A DNA stretch of 59,983 nucleotides from Methylotenera sp. (GTDB lineage: Bacteria > Pseudomonadota > Gammaproteobacteria > Burkholderiales > Methylophilaceae): positions 1-59,983 of the forward strand of contig JANOHT010000103.1 of the NCBI GenBank assembly GCA_031406605.1. Direction: 5' to 3'. Below the pieces are notes generated by a model that ran no database searches, had not been told where the DNA came from, and was given only the letters and a program-made list of their open reading frames with translations. The position numbers were made by a program, and so were the translations under genes. Of the stretch, positions 59,201 through 59,983 are shown piece after piece (position 1 is the first letter of the stretch; each line of letters opens with the position of its first letter).

Positions 59201-59983
59201 AGATTTAAGCATCATCGCCCAATATATTGATTGGACACCCTTCTTTCAAACATGGGATTTAGCAGGTTTTTACCCGGCTATTTTGAAAGACGAAGTAGTA
59301 GGAGATGCCGCGACCAAGCTATTCGCAGAAGCACAAGCTATGCTGAAGAAAATCATTGATGGCCGCTGGTTAACTGCTAATGGCGTAGTGGCGTTGCTGC
59401 CTGCCAATATGGTGAATGACGATGATATTGAAATTTACACGGATGAAACGCGTAATCAATTAGCATTTACTTATTATGGTATGCGTCAGCAAACGGTGAA
59501 GCCTGTCATTGAAGGTGTACCCCGCCCAAATCAGTGCTTAGCAGATTTCATCGCACCTAAAGGCAGCGCAGATTATATTGGCATGTTTGCCGTTACCGCT
59601 GGTTTAGGTATTGAAAAGCACGTGAAAAGATTCGAAGATGCACATGATGATTACAGCAGTATCATGTTAAAAGCCCTTGCCGATAGGCTAGCTGAAGCAT
59701 TTGCAGAATATATGCATGAACGTGTTCGACTAGACTTCTGGGGTTATGCAGCCGATGAAAACTTGAGTAAAGAAGCGCTCATCAAAGAGCAGTATCAGGG
59801 CATTCGTCCTGCGCCAGGTTATCCCGCATGCCCTGACCATACGGTAAAACCCGATATGTTTAAGGTACTGCAAGCTGAGGCGATAGATATGCAGCTTACA
59901 GAGTCTTTTGCCATGAGTCCTGGCGCTGCAGTGTCTGGCTTTTATTTTGCACATGCCGATTCTAAATATTTTAGTGTGGATAA
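56268..59983 (+). CDS. metH: Cobalamin-dependent methionine synthase, 3'-truncated by the window
   Basis: Hand translation gives MQDSH...[31 protein letters not shown]12 motif GDVHDIG and [12 protein letters not shown]. No stop before the window end, so it is absent from the ORF track. Confidence 0.97.
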   Translation, partial: MQDSHTLPLDMSSTEQQLRALLAQRILILDGAMGTMIQQYKLTEADYRGTRFVDFASPAGQRELFVKGNNELLTLTQPQVISEIHEKYLAAGADIIETNTFGATTVAQDDYHMGHLAYEMNVEAAKLAKAACIKYSTPDKPRFVAGALGPTPKTASISPDVNDPAARNVSFDQLVGAYLEQTRGLVDGGADILMVETIFDTLNCKAALFAIDTYFAETQTRLPIMLSGTVTDASGRILSGQTVTAFWNSVRHAKPLTIGLNCALGATLMRPYVDELSTIADTFVCIYPNAGLPNPMSDTGFDETPDVTSSLLKEFAESGFLNMAGGCCGTTPDHIQAIYNEIKYLPPRRVPELPHTMKLAGLEPFVIDDESLFVNVGERTNVTGSKAFARLIINEQYDEALTVARQQVENGAQVIDINMDEGMLDAIKAMTHFLNLIASEPDIARVPIMIDSSKWSVIEAGLKCVQGKAIVNSISMKEGEAEFIRQATLCKRYGAAAIVMAFDEKGQADTFERKIEICKRAYDLLVEKVHFAPEDIIFDPNIFAIATGIEEHNNYAVDFINATRWIKENLPYAKISGGVSNVSFSFRGNDPAREAIHTVFLYHAIKAGMTMGIVNAGMMGVYDDLAPELKERVEDVVLNRVVDENNPLAATERMIEIASTLVAGGKKEAATLEWRGTAEAPTPVEKRLSHAMVHGITEFIVADTEEARAAVEAKGGRPIHVIEGPLMDGMNVVGDLFGQGKMFLPQVVKSARVMKSAVAHLIPFIEAEKAADEARTGIVAKPKGKMVIATVKGDVHDIGKNIVSVVLQCNNFEVVNMGVMVPASEILAMAKAENADIIGLSGLITPSLEEMAHIAKEMQRDPYFKGLKMPLLIGGATTSRAHTAVKIAPHYDGPIIYVADASRSVSVMQSLLTLETRDAYIAEVAIDYEKARTQHANKKGTPMLTIAQARANKAKLSFTGENTPVKPKFIGRREIKNTDLSIIAQYIDWTPFFQTWDLAGFYPAILKDEVVGDAATKLFAEAQAMLKKIIDGRWLTANGVVALLPANMVNDDDIEIYTDETRNQLAFTYYGMRQQTVKPVIEGVPRPNQCLADFIAPKGSADYIGMFAVTAGLGIEKHVKRFEDAHDDYSSIMLKALADRLAEAFAEYMHERVRLDFWGYAADENLSKEALIKEQYQGIRPAPGYPACPDHTVKPDMFKVLQAEAIDMQLTESFAMSPGAAVSGFYFAHADSKYFSVD

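Noticed and set aside
57482-59954. Short ORFs listed within the metH region
   Set aside because: They are antisense or off-frame shadows of the long metH frame.

Overview
About 60 kb of a moderately AT-rich betaproteobacterial chromosome. It is most likely Methylophilaceae (Methylotenera-like), inferred from the PqqA peptide MWTTPAATEMRFGFEVTMYVMNK and the gene content. The window starts inside nrdJa and ends inside metH. The ORF track misses metH and two identical orphan pqqA genes. Other content: a NhaR-like LysR gene divergent from an HPF/RaiA-like, htpX, yqhA, AI-2E, terC operon; an IclR/PNPOx-like/DUF1097 unit with two operators; a frameshifted P-type ATPase remnant; eat-eutBC-eutR, with eutR behind an NtrC/sigma54-type promoter; alkA/nnrS/alkB; gnd with a trypsin-TPR paralog on each side; alternative oxidase; thiSG-apaG-mltA; an LTA-synthase-family gene followed by a pseudo-glycosidase/LPS-kinase fusion; arsR-aas-lplT; and torF-glnK-amtB. 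I saw no rRNA, tRNA, CRISPR, transposase or phage genes. The best candidates for uncharacterised systems are the NhaR/HPF-like/HtpX/TerC operon, the pseudo-glycosidase-kinase plus LTA-synthase pair, the shared promoter architecture of the two pqqA genes, and a sigma54/IHF-driven orphan small protein. All family calls come from motif recognition by eye; no database searches were run.
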